From contig NC_073378.1 in the NCBI RefSeq assembly GCF_028641065.1, positions 83,886,001 to 83,950,000 on the forward strand: a DNA stretch of 64,000 bases, given 5' to 3'. The position numbers were made by a program, and so were the translations under genes. Of this stretch, positions 52,213 through 64,000 are shown one piece after another. Numbering within the stretch: position 1 is the first letter of the stretch; each line of letters starts with the position of its first letter. The notes under the pieces were generated by a model. The model did not search any database and was not told the origin of the DNA. It saw only the letters and a program-made list of their open reading frames with translations. Source of the stretch: Leucoraja erinacea. Taxonomy: Eukaryota.

Positions 52213-54541
52213 GCAGAGAGACAGACAAGCAACGAGACAGTAGGACAAATTCACTATGCTGGATTGCCACATAATGTTTTGTAGAAAATCTGGCAAATGT
52301 CAGAACTCTGAAATCTATATTTTTTGGATATTCCCACCGGACAAGGGTGGGTATTTTTCCATCGTATTCTAACAGATTTTCATAATAGTTTTGGAAGCTG
52401 CTTGCAAACACACGCAAAAGACTTTATGCAGCATTAAGATGTTGCACAGCAACAGATCATACTGAAAGTGCAGCTGGGAACTTTACACTTCAATAGACAT
52501 AGTAGAAACGAGCACTTGATCACGGAGCATATATTGGAAATGCGATTGAATAATAATATAGATCATGCCTGTCAGCATATTTTGAAATACATACATATCA
52601 ATTCCATTACAAGTCATTTGCTGTAGTTGGGAATCTATTATAAGGCTGTAAAACCACCACGTTCCTCTGTGCAGCTTATTAAAAGAATGGGGAGGCTAGT
52701 ATTTACAAATTAGCATTGCTTTGTTGCAATAATGTGCAAGCCCACGTATACACATATAAACATGAAAAAGAATGAGTATTATTTAAAAAAACAAATAGTG
52801 AAATAATTAGCCTTCCTATGGTGATAATTATGGGATATTCGGCGAGATTTTAAATCCAATTAAACTGCTTTTCAGTGTGCTAAAAGACCTCTATTTTGGT
52901 CGAAAGGTAAATACAAACATATTACCAATAAAGAGCTGCACGATGTTAACTTTGAAAATAAACGATTTAGATATTCCGCAAGAAATCAACACTATTTGAG
53001 GCTGACCACTCCTTCCTTCACTCATCCCAAGACCAATATGGAGGAATTCCTTCAGAGAATGCCCTTTAAAAATTATATGCTTAAATGCCGCAGTTTGACC
53101 CATCGATAAATATTATGCAGGTGACAGTATATTAAAAAAATGTGTATCCTCCTAAATTACCTTTTTTGGTCGCAGTTATTTGAGTTATTAATGATTTTAT
53201 GAGAATTCTAAAACTAAGTTAAATACATTTATCCTGCATTTCACTACGTACTTATTTCATAACTTTCTATATTTAAAATCCATTAACGTGTTCGCATAGA
53301 AATATCAATTTCGCTCTCTCAAGTTCTCTGTGTTTACATAATGCAAAATTATCCCTTATTTTTACACATTTCTCCTTTGCATGCAGTTAAAGAGGAGTCA
53401 TTTATATCCACATACTCGTGTATCATTACGATAATTTATTCTGCAGCTGGCTGAATATATTTTTCTGGCACTAGGGTTGATTTAAAAAAAATGTGTTATA
53501 ACAACGTGAAGTCTAAGCACAAAATATAAACAACTAAATTAATTATATAAGTTTGATTTTCCTGCAATGAGTTACATATAACAGATGCCTCCTGCTGCTC
53601 TTGAAAAGAAAAGGCATTAACAACGTAAATACATTCATATGTAACTGCTTGCGTGTATGTGTGAGTACATGCAATTGTATTATATTTGTTTGCATGGATG
53701 TACATGCGTATTCGTGCACTCAGTGTATATGCACAATTTTATGTGGGGTTATAAAAGATTCATTCTCAAGCAACTTTCAATCGCAATCCATTGTTGCAAA
53801 TAGCACAGTAGGGTTGAGGAATGGATTGGAAGATAATCAATTTAAATCGTCTCAGTATACATTAAAATAAAACGCTGAGATACAAATGGTTTTCTAAACC
53901 TTGTTTGAAGTGGAATTAATCTATTCACAAATTAGTTGATGGATACAAAATGAATATACTCCGTCGACCACAGTCCGATTTTACAAGTGTCATTTGTCGT
54001 GCATGTTTTCATCCTATTTACAACCTACTGTATAAATAAATCCCAGGATATAGCAGTTATTGCACTTTTTGGCAGCTTGGCGGCACTCTTTTTAAACTCT
54101 TTTGTGGATGAATGCTGCCATCTTCTGGTTGTAAAGAGATCCTGCTACGAAGAAATTGCTGACAAGGAATGCCCAGAAAGCCTTTTCAATTCTGTGGCGA
54201 ATTTAATAGCTGCATAGAGTTTAATCAGGCATTTTATTTTATTTAACAAATTTAATATCAAGTATTATTAACAAGGCTTAACATTAACTAAATGTTGGTT
54301 ATTTGTCTACTAGACGCAATAAATTGGTAAAGAGATATGTGAGGGGCCCGTGTTAGAGACGAGACTAATAAAGGTCGTTATTTCCGCAGACCCTTTTGTC
54401 TAAGCAGCCAGACAAAACAAATGGATGGCCTTCCCTGGAAAAATACTGATTGTAGCTGGACAGTTGTAAACTCATTAAAACCTGAATTCCAGACGGCTTG
54501 CCAGACCCTTTATTTTATTGCAAGTCTCCCTGTTTAGTCTT

Positions 54542-54572
54542 TGAAGTTCCACATGCAACAACAGAGGGCGTC
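54542..54572 (+). promoter_or_regulatory. Candidate CTCF site between HoxA7 and HoxA9 (C7|9)
   Basis: Core ACAACAGAGGGCGT at 54558-54571, preceded by TGAAGTTCC, which resembles the CTCF upstream module. Confidence 0.6.
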
Positions 54573-56138
54573 GCATCATTATAGTCCTCCAGACTGAACA
54601 TTTAAAAATAAAATAATTTCAATTTACCGCTACTTTTAATATTATAATAAAAAATATTGCAAATACCGCAAAGCTATTCACGCGTTTGTTCCAGACGCGG
54701 AGAATACTTCGATCGTCAGTGTCGTGTTTATGTACTTCGCCCCTTAACCTCCAGCGTTTTACACCCCATAAACGCTTACAGCAGTCATTTTCTTTTATTG
54801 CGGTACACCACTCTGAATTTTACTAACGACAGCCACTGCCAAGACTTGCAGCTACTCGGGCCTTTCCGTCCAAATTCCAAATCATTTGAATCTCACTAAA
54901 TCCATCCAAACTGTCTTCGGGGTTTTAAAAAGTTACCAGGGATCTTACAGTTAGAAAGGAAGTTACATAAATGGTCAAATCGTGTACTTTTTGTTCGTGG
55001 TGAAATGCCTAAGATTATTTAACTTTGTTTGCTTTCAAAGGCTGCGACTCTCGTGTGCGATTTGTTAAAGAAATGGCGGCAAGGATTTGTGCCAGGCTTT
55101 TTTTTAAATGTATATATAATAATTCACTTCATTATAATATGGTGAAATCCCATAACGTTCCAGGTTTTTTTCACGGGCAACTGGATCAAGGTTATCCATT
55201 CCCACTTGGAGAAAAGTACAGCATTTCTTGCATTGGCAGCCCACAACAAATCTTATAAATAGCCAGCCACATTGGAGCATGGCCAAGCGACAAATGCAAG
55301 TTGTTAGTGCACTTTTGCAGGTTCTCGGGTTAATTGGTGATAACTGGGCGTTAAGCTCAACTGTATTCAGACTCTGCGTCATCAAATCCGCTTCTAAAAC
55401 AAAGTTACGACTTCACGGTTTATGAATCCTTCCAGAAACCTGTAACGTTCGTTTTAGTTATCAACTAAACATCCCATGTTTATTTGGAAAAATCCAAACA
55501 ATGGATTACATTTTATATGTCAGAATTTGAGAAAGGTATATAATAGCTGTGTTGACATTAGAGATTACATTTTAGTAATGAATGGGATTTAAAAAAAAAT
55601 GTATACATATTATTCTATTTATGGCATCGTCCGGGTGTTGCAAAACTTAGGGTGATCTTAAGCATTGAAATCGAAACCATCTGTAAAGAGGGCAATGAAG
55701 ATCTTGAAAGTATTAGTGTTGAGTATGGTGCGTTTCAAAATTCTGAAATTGTGGCGGAATTTATTAAACATAGGCGTGTACGAAATACCGTGCAATGCAT
55801 TTCCATAAATTGAATTGTGAGAAGCGAAACCACATGTTTTATGTAGTGAAACATATATTTTATTAGACAACAAATAAAATGACATTTCATTACAAACAGT
55901 ATAGTTTGGTCAATATGACACGAGGTATTCATTTCAAACGTGTACACAAGTTTAAACGTGTTAGCTCCGCAGGTTTACCGAAACCCTATTTAAAACACAT
56001 TAGTGGTATCGGTTCTTTCTATTGCACCCAGATATTTTCCTTGTATTGTACACATTACATTTATTGACAATATTGTTTTTTTTTCCATAGCATAAATGCA
56101 TCTAGACTGTTTTAAGAGTGACATTTACACACAAAACA

Positions 56139-56751
56139 TAGGTAGTTACTAGTTATACATATAGGTAGTTTTTAAACCAAATCTTATACTTTTCTTTGCA
56201 CCACAACACCGATAAATACAAAGTGTCTGAGAACTTTATTCGTGCTTTCATCACAATAGACAATAGTATCGTGTAGCAGTATGTTCAGCGCCGCTCTTTT
56301 AAATAAAACTTATATTAGCATTCTATGCAATTCAGTTTCATATATTTGCTGAAGAACAACACAAACGTCATGCACCCAGGCAAGGCCGTTACTCAGTCTC
56401 ACAAAGACAGCATAAAGCCTGGCGATTTTACGTTAATTCACAGTGAAAATAATACAATATATGTCCCAAGTTCACCACGAAAATAACATTTCATATCCAA
56501 CACATAGCCTGTTAGTTTTATATTAAACATCCTGAGTTGAATTGAGATTTTTCTTTTGTTTGTTTACACGATCTTTACTCAGACACCGCCTAAGCACAGA
56601 GGCCCAGTCACAGAGATAATCACAACAGACACATGGATTCAAGTATATAGGCAGCCTCATTTGCTGCATGTAAAACAAGTAAATATTAAACGAATACAGT
56701 ATTACTGAATTACTGTCCGCATAGAATAGCGGTGGATTAAGAGAAGGTAGT
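56139..56751 (-). promoter_or_regulatory. miR-196 target sites in the HoxA9 3' UTR
   Basis: TAGGTAGT at 56139 and 56162, and AGGTAGT at 56745. All lie upstream (in mRNA sense) of AATAAA at 56060-56065. Confidence 0.7.
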
Positions 56752-56991
56752 TTTCATGTAAAGGTAGATTCCGTAGCCACAGACTTAACCTTGCCGTAGA
56801 TGTCTCCCTCTTTGGTTCCCATCTAACAAGTGTGTGAGTCTTTCCCACCAAGTGTAGTCCAGAACTGGCAAAGGAATAATTTGTGCTAATGGTATGATAA
56901 AATGTTCACAATGTCTTTCTAACCAGAGCCCGTTTCGATAGTAATGGTGAAATAGTCCTTTTTTTTCTCTTCGAAGATATTTTAATCCATG

Positions 56992-57233
56992 TCACCGGTC
57001 ATCTTTAGGTCGTTCCTTATTAATTTTTTTCATCTTCATTCTTCTATTCTGAAACCAGATTTTAACTTGCCGTTCGGTGAGATTGAGAACCCGGGCGACC
57101 TCGTATCTGCGGTCTCTTGTGAGGTACATGTTAAACAAGAATTCCTTTTCCAGCTCCAATGTCTGATGTTTGGTGTAAGGGCAGCGTTTTTTTCTGGTAG
57201 ACCTTGCATGCAGCCAGTTCGCGGAAGGGTTAT
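56992..57233 (-). CDS. hoxa9: HoxA9 exon 2 (homeodomain; not in the ORF track in this frame); spliced protein 260 aa
   Basis: Acceptor TACTTTCAG| at 57234/57233. Manual translation: [80 protein letters not shown], with TGA at 56994-56992. Confidence 0.96.
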
Positions 57234-57863
57234 CTGAAAGTATAAAGGAAACACATTTACTATATTTCCCTTTCCATGTTGGTCAAATATTGTAATATTC
57301 TCAGAATCAAATCACCTTTACACATAAAAGAGGGTGGGGATTTCTGGATTCATGAAATTGTTTACTGAAAATTCATGTGTTTACACAGATTATTATACTC
57401 TTACACGCATGGCCCTGGCCAATGAATAAAGTCTATGAATCGAATTCAAATACTAGATTAAATGTCAATGTTGAGACAATTTATAAACAAGGTAAAACGT
57501 TGCATGTTTGCATTGTGCATTTTTCGATCCAGTGAACTTATCTCCATCACGTTTACTTGCATAGGATGCACTTGAATTACGGAGTCAGCAATTACTATCT
57601 CCCCTTCCTCTATTATAACGAATTAGTTCAGTATATTCATGGTTTCTGTCCTTGACAATGCCTAAAAGGTACAACATAAACCTGAATCAAATATTTATTT
57701 TTATTTTTATACAACCACATACAAAACGGCGAATTGAAAACAGATAAGTCATTGTTTTAAACTAATTTTTTACTCTATGAAGATGTCAGTTTAATAAAAT
57801 GGTTTTAATTTATAAGCCTTAGGTAGAAAAGTAAAACAAATAAAAGGAGAGATCCGTACTTAC

Positions 57864-58404
57864 TTGGATCCATGTGCAGCTTATCTGCGTTTGATTCAAC
57901 CTCTCCATTATTTTCAGAAAAGGAAATCTCGGCCAGACGTTTATCACCAGGAGATGGTCCACAAGCATATTCTGAGAGGGCTAACGTGTGTGTATCAAAC
58001 GTAGTGCAGTCATTTCTGCGGGCAACTGCAGGCTCAGGTTTGATGCCGTAGTGTCTACTGGAAGGTAACCCGGGAAAGGACAAGGTCCCCGGCATGGGTT
58101 CTAGCCAGGAGCGCATGTACCTACCATCAGGCGTAGCGGTAATAGGTGCCTGGTGCATGTATGGGTGATAAACAGTGGGCATGTTGGCAGAGGTCTGAGC
58201 ATGCACCGGGTTCCAGGACGTGCTGAACACAGTCGCTTTAGACTGGAAGTTACAGGGGGAAAAATCGGGGTGTTCAGTAAGGGCTGCCTGCCTGGAAGCC
58301 TGAGCCAGTGGACCCGACGCATATCTGGACGCCAGCAGATCATCGTTCTCATGCATTATGAGAGAGTCGACATAATAATTGCTGATAGTCCCCGATGTCG
58401 ACAT
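57864..58404 (-). CDS. hoxa9: HoxA9 exon 1
   Basis: ATG at 58404 gives MSTSGTISNYYVDSLI (Hox9 N-terminal domain), PDGRYMRSWL and HYGIKPEP. Donor CAA|GTAAGT at 57864/57863. 541 nt, phase 1. Confidence 0.96.
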
Positions 58405-58520
58405 TCTCGGCAATGACACAGCAAGCGCCTCTGAAAATATGAAAGAGCAGAATTCAATATAACAACTTACCGCCGGGACAAGTACAGTCCGCTAATATGG
58501 TGCAGGCGCACTTCCACCCC

Positions 58521-58541
58521 ATTGGATACATCACCCACGTG
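58521..58541 (-). promoter_or_regulatory. HoxA9 proximal promoter (CCAAT plus E-box)
   Basis: ATTGG at 58521-58525 and CACGTG at 58536-58541, about 120-135 nt upstream of the ATG. Confidence 0.7.
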
Positions 58542-59545
58542 ATTCAAAAAACAACAATAAAATATAAATCAGTCCGCAGCTTGTAGCAGGGTCAATCTTT
58601 TATAGTCATAATTTTATATAGCAACTCCATATGTTTTTTTATGCATTGGCATATAATCACTTCTATATAAGGAAGTTGATTTCTTTCTGCCAACTGAAAT
58701 ACAAGAAGAAAACGGTTGGATTTCTTTTCTTGAGGGACTACTTTATATCATAATCAATCTTCCCATCAGATGCTCGTTTTTTTTAACGAACACCTTATAA
58801 TCGTTAACCTTCTCATAAAACGTTATGGAAAGAGTGAAACTATAAACTGCAAAAAAAAACAACGAAGAATAGAATAGGGCCGGTATTTATTATTCGAGTT
58901 CAGTAAAAACTAAAATTCATATCCAGTATTAACAAATCAAAATCGTTAACGAAGTTTTAAAGGCTACCACTGAGAAGTGGCGAGTGTACCTGCAGCTGCT
59001 ATGAATCTTTCATTTTAAAAATAAGGTACACATTAAACCCACTGTGTCAATCTCCGTTTTATAACAGGTTAAGCAATAAAACTACATGTTAGCAAACTAT
59101 AGCCATTGCAAAACGACTCTTTACCTACAATAAACCATAATTAATTACAACTTCCGCATTCAGCGTGCTATTTTGGTTGACAGATGCAGATTCACGGATC
59201 ATATTAATTTGTTCGGAAATCCAATAGTTGCCACATCTTTCTTTTCGGATTCGTGGACGTTCTCCTTCCTGCATTCACTGGCGAATTATGTGGGGAGGAA
59301 ATTGCAAAGCTTTCCCTCACTGACGGTATTTGGAAATCTCATCGCTTATACGGTTAACACATATTCCTTTCAATGGTAAATAAAAGCAAACCGTTAGACA
59401 TATCATAGATTTAAAACGTGTGGGCATTTCTGTGGATTTCGCCAGCATCCGTATTAATGGTTGCATTTATCACATGTTATGTCTTCGCGGCATATTAAAT
59501 ATTACAACGAAGCACTGTGCTTTAATACCTAAATAGGCCTAGTCT

Positions 59546-59582
59546 TCTCTCTCTGTCTCTCTCTCTCTCCCTCTCTCTCTCC
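59546..59582 (+). repeat. Imperfect (CT)n microsatellite
   Basis: tctctctctgtctctctctctctccctctctctctcc. Confidence 0.8.
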
Positions 59583-60640
59583 CTCCACTTTCCCTAACAC
59601 ACAAACACAGCCACACACATACAGGCGCATATTCTACGGATATATGTTATAAGTGTGAATGTGCATGTTTAAAACGGTGGACTATTTCACTTTAAAAGAG
59701 CAAAAATAACATAAACGATATTTCCGAAGGACGACATCATGGCCTGGTCCACTTTTTAAGTAAATAAACTTGTAATGTATTTAATATAAAATCGTTGAAA
59801 TAACTTCAAATACATTTTGTAAAGTGATACTCGTTATCTCTATAATAATTTTCGTGTAGAATAACTTATCATCGCTAATCTCATATGAAATATTTTATTG
59901 TGTATCAAATAATCAGATGCCAATGCATTTGTTTTTATAGCTTCATGGCGCAGTATTTCGCAGAGTACTATGGTAACATTTCACTGTTTCATTTGGACAC
60001 AGTTTTAAAATATATTTATATGTAAGCAGCATTTCCAGACCTGTAAAAGAATTAATAACAATTATTTCAGTTTTGTTTTATTTAAAATATCCTTGGATTT
60101 TTCAGGCCAAATATTTAGATTTCCCAGCTAAAGCTGCCGGTTCCTATCTGAGCCTTATAGGTCCAATTCTAATTTTCTCTTAGTTTGGCGATTTGACCAA
60201 CTATATGTGGAATGCTTTCTTTCTGCTGCATAAAATGAAGCAGGAAAAAACCTCGGCAGTATAAACAGCGTAGAAATTCAACGTCTTTCCTCGCAATTAA
60301 CGTGAAGCACTTGAACTGTTGCGTTATATCCGATTGCACAGAAATAGTGATGAAACAAAGGCAATTATCAGAATAGACTTTAAACCATCGTGCTCCCGCC
60401 GCTGTGGTGAATAGCTTGCTCTAAAATACACCCTCCTCAACACAACTGCCCTCGACGCAACAACTACCCGCTGATTGTACAAACCTTAAGGTGCAAATAA
60501 CTGAAATGCAACGTCCTTTTATCGCTACTTGGTTTTTTTTAATCTAAAACAAAATATTTTTGTTCATTCTTCTTATATTTTTTCACCAGTTTGGGCGATT
60601 TGGTCGGAAAAGAGGGTTGTGGTGGGTGGTTATGGTGGGT

Positions 60641-60658
60641 GGGGGGGGGGGGGGGGGG
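60641..60658 (+). repeat. Poly-G tract (18 G)
   Basis: Read directly from the sequence; preceded by GGT/GGGT repeats. Confidence 0.85.
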
Positions 60659-63600
60659 AGACTAAAGTGTGAGTTCTTGTGAATGCTGGCGGGGGGTGTC
60701 GGGGAGATTCAGCCGTCGCTGGCGTGCCGACACGAGAATCTGAGCAGCGGACTGTTACAATGAAACCGGTGGAGTGATGAGGTCCAGAGCAGAATCAAGA
60801 ACCATTCAAGTCCAGTGTTGAACCTTAGGGAGAAAAAAAAGACGCTTTGCGTTTCCTGTGCAGATGGCCTGAAATTGGGATTGAAATGTTGATTTTATAT
60901 ATATGTATATATATATATATAATGAAGCCACGAGGCCCTGACTCTGCACTTCGCTAAAAAGAGCTGTTCATCTCATTAAAATTAAGGTTTTTATTTGAAG
61001 GAGATTTATAAAAACGACTAGCCATTAAAACAAAGTTGGAATGCGCCGCGTCTAGCTGTGATACTAAAGATTTATTGTTTGTATGAGATGCTTGATTTCA
61101 AACTATATACTTGAATTCGTTAGAAAAGGTATAGTGATTACTTAATTCCTGTCATATCCAATCCATTCCCCCACCCCCACAATCACATAAAAATCATAAT
61201 ATTTTTATAGAGTTTGTCCGGGTGAGATTTTCAGTTTCGACTTTTGTTTGGGCGTTCAAAACGGGAAGAATATCTGTTACTTGCAAACAAGGGTATTTCA
61301 AAGCAGCAGAAAGAAAGAAAATAATCTCGTTCTTGGATGTGTTTCGCTATAATTCCTCAATCAATTGTTATTATGCAGCATCGATACATATCATCCGCAT
61401 TATAGAGGAATGCAGTGATGTACCTATTTCAAGTTTAAGATATATTTGGTAGAGGGATCCATCATATCACATTATACAACAAGGGGATGGGATCAGGAAT
61501 AAAGCAACATTTCTCTTTTCGTGCAGTGCAGAGTTCGTCTGATTTGCTTTTACTTAGGAATTACGGTTGTTGCAAATAATTAGAACAATCTTTATTAATT
61601 CGTGCAAAATTATACCAATGAAAGGTCTGTCAAAAGTGTTGTATCATTGATTTCCTGTTTTATTTTTTAAAAAGGTTTGTGGAATTACCCGGATAAATAA
61701 GATATTCATTGAATACACCTTGTAACCAGAAGCATTTGGCAAAACTATGATATAGCTGACTGATAACATTTTCAAGCATGCCACAGTTAGAAATGTGGCG
61801 TTTCTTTTGGCTTTTCGGTCCTATCATTTAAAATAACGCTGACGCCTTTATTTCCGTTCAGATAACATCTGTGTGAAATTGCAATGCTCAATTTGTGGAG
61901 ACACAGTGTGTGAGGAGGACAGAGATCTTTAATCGCTTTCGCCTCTAATTTGCCGTAAGCAAAATAATTTGACAAAGATTCACCTGATAAATAAAAATAA
62001 CAGAAAGGGGGAAATCAAATCCTGGAATGTCTGCAAATAAGAATCATCAAAATTGGTCAGATCGCTTTGCAACTAAACATTCACGACGCCCTATAGTCTG
62101 GGAATCCAAACGTGATATTGGGCTGTTGCGTTTTTACGAATAATTAAACCATTTTTAGGCCATTCGCAGCAATCCAAAATTAAATGTTCAACTTAAAACT
62201 ATAGAGTTGGGCAGCGTGCATTGGTCTTTGTCTTTAATGTAAGTGAACATTCAATTGAAGAGCTACAAAACTGTAGCGAATCCCTTTATATAAGATTATA
62301 AATATATGAACCTTGGTGATGATAGCAAGCAACGCGCAAATAATAACATTTAAGGTGCAAACAGAATGATTTTCAAACAAAACATTATTTGTCCTGTTAA
62401 ATTTGTCAAATAAGTTATATGAGGGGGGGGGAGTGTGCATTCATAATGTTGCTTATATAAACAATATTCGTATTTATTCCGATGCGCAGTAGTTAAAGAA
62501 ACATCCCCAATTACTTGGCAACGTATTTGGTCTATAAAACTAGGCAAATAAAAGCGAATGCGTTGAATCGAAGGGCTGGGTTGTACAGCGTTTTAAACAG
62601 GGCCTGGCTGTAACCAGAAGGGATGTTTTGACCAGTACAAACTTGACTTCCTCCGTGGGTCAATAAACCTTGCCGACGATATTTTAAGGTGGTACAGTGG
62701 CTTCGGGAGAATATGAACCTGCAATGGTATAACAACGCACATTTTTCGGAACATGTTCATTTATATTTAACTGAAAAAAATAATCAAGATAAATATTTCT
62801 GCTTTGCGTAACACTTCCATCTATAACATGCCGCGTGATATAATTTAACATCACAGATGAATTTTTAGACATATTATTTGAATAATGTATCAATATGTTG
62901 CTTGAAATGCTCATTTTAAATCGCTTACACGAAATTCTGGGAAATTGTAGGTTAATACGTTTCCTTTGTACAATGTGCAAGTATTTCGCATTCTGTCGGT
63001 TAATTTGTTCGGCTTGTCTTTGCCATGGAACGATATCATATGTGATTGTTATATGCAATGCATTTAATTCTGAATTCATAAATTAGGACACGAATCAATC
63101 TAGACATGATCCTTATTCTGCATAATGGCACTGAAGCATCAATTTTAAATAGTTTAATTCCAATGGTTGTTCAACTAACTTGACCAACAATATAAAGTGC
63201 CATTGTGCATGTTTACTTGCTTTGCTTCGATTAAAGCTTCTGTTTGTCTCGTCTAGAGAGCCCAATATAATGGGGCAAGTCTGCTTTCTGTGTTTAGTCT
63301 AGTTTCTGCAGAGCATGAGACACCGACCAAGTAGCGTTTCCACTACGCTCCGCCGAGGTCGCTGTTTCCAAGAACAAAACAAAATTACGCGCCCAGGCGC
63401 CATGTAATGATCATAACCGAGGCCTTGTGCCTTTCAAGTAATTTCTTTGTCTTGCACATGGTAGAATACATAGGTTTAAATGCGTACCCTAAATCATTTT
63501 GCAAGGTTCCTTTTAATTCCGATTTTCACCTCGAATTGCAGATAAGCCATGTAAAAATGTACAAAAACAATTATGTGACTTTTTAAGCGATGTTAATATA

Positions 63601-64000
63601 ACTATGGAATATTTATCACTAACAAAATCGAAATCTGCAATGCATCAATTATGCCGCCGTACGTATGTAACTGCAGCAATCTACAGTATAATGCAGCAGA
63701 TTAACACCGATCCTTTCAACTAATGGCTCCACAGCGCATATATATTGAAGGGAAATCGAAATGGATCATATTTAATTTAAACATGAACTTGATCCTTATT
63801 AGAAAAAAAAATCTAACATAAAATCTAAGGTAAATGATAGTATTTAGGAAATGCCAGTTCGCCACATCGTTCGGAAAGCACAATCCACGGTTAGTTTGCA
63901 AATGTAGAAGATTCTCTTCTGTTCTTTGAAAAAAATACACAGTTCGATTAATTTCGGGAGGGAGGGGGGGCTTGCAGAAGAACTAACTACCACGTCTTTG

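Noticed and set aside
49500-56000. HoxA8 pseudogene remnant
   Set aside because: No homeobox-like or YPWM-like translation in any listed frame.
58600-64000. miR-196 hairpin expected between HoxA9 and HoxA10
   Set aside because: No CCCAACAACA(T/G)GAAACTACCTA on the plus strand by eye; it probably lies beyond the window end.

Overview
Central part of a jawed-vertebrate HoxA cluster. Six intact two-exon Hox genes lie on the minus strand in canonical order: HoxA3 (2678-5313), HoxA4 (22797-23887), HoxA5 (35600-36904), HoxA6 (38925-39816), HoxA7 (47669-49270) and HoxA9 (56992-58404). I checked every exon join by hand: all are GT-AG, phase 1, with a YPWM/FPWM or ANWL motif before the homeodomain. 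Intact A6 and A7, AT-rich spacers and proteins resembling what I recall of horn-shark HoxA point to a cartilaginous fish; this is an inference, not a search result. Non-coding DNA has no recognisable transposons. It carries three DR5 retinoic-acid elements, Hox/Pbx and Cdx motif clusters, candidate CTCF sites, repeated E-box+CCAAT promoter modules, miR-196 and miR-10 target sites, several long G/C homopolymers and four assembly gaps. I found no miRNA hairpin, no HoxA8 remnant and no novel protein-coding system. The most interesting observations are regulatory: an altered Hoxa9T splice acceptor, an orphan promoter at about 45.1 kb, a chain of candidate non-coding exons upstream of HoxA3, and miR-196 sites interleaved with alternative poly(A) signals.
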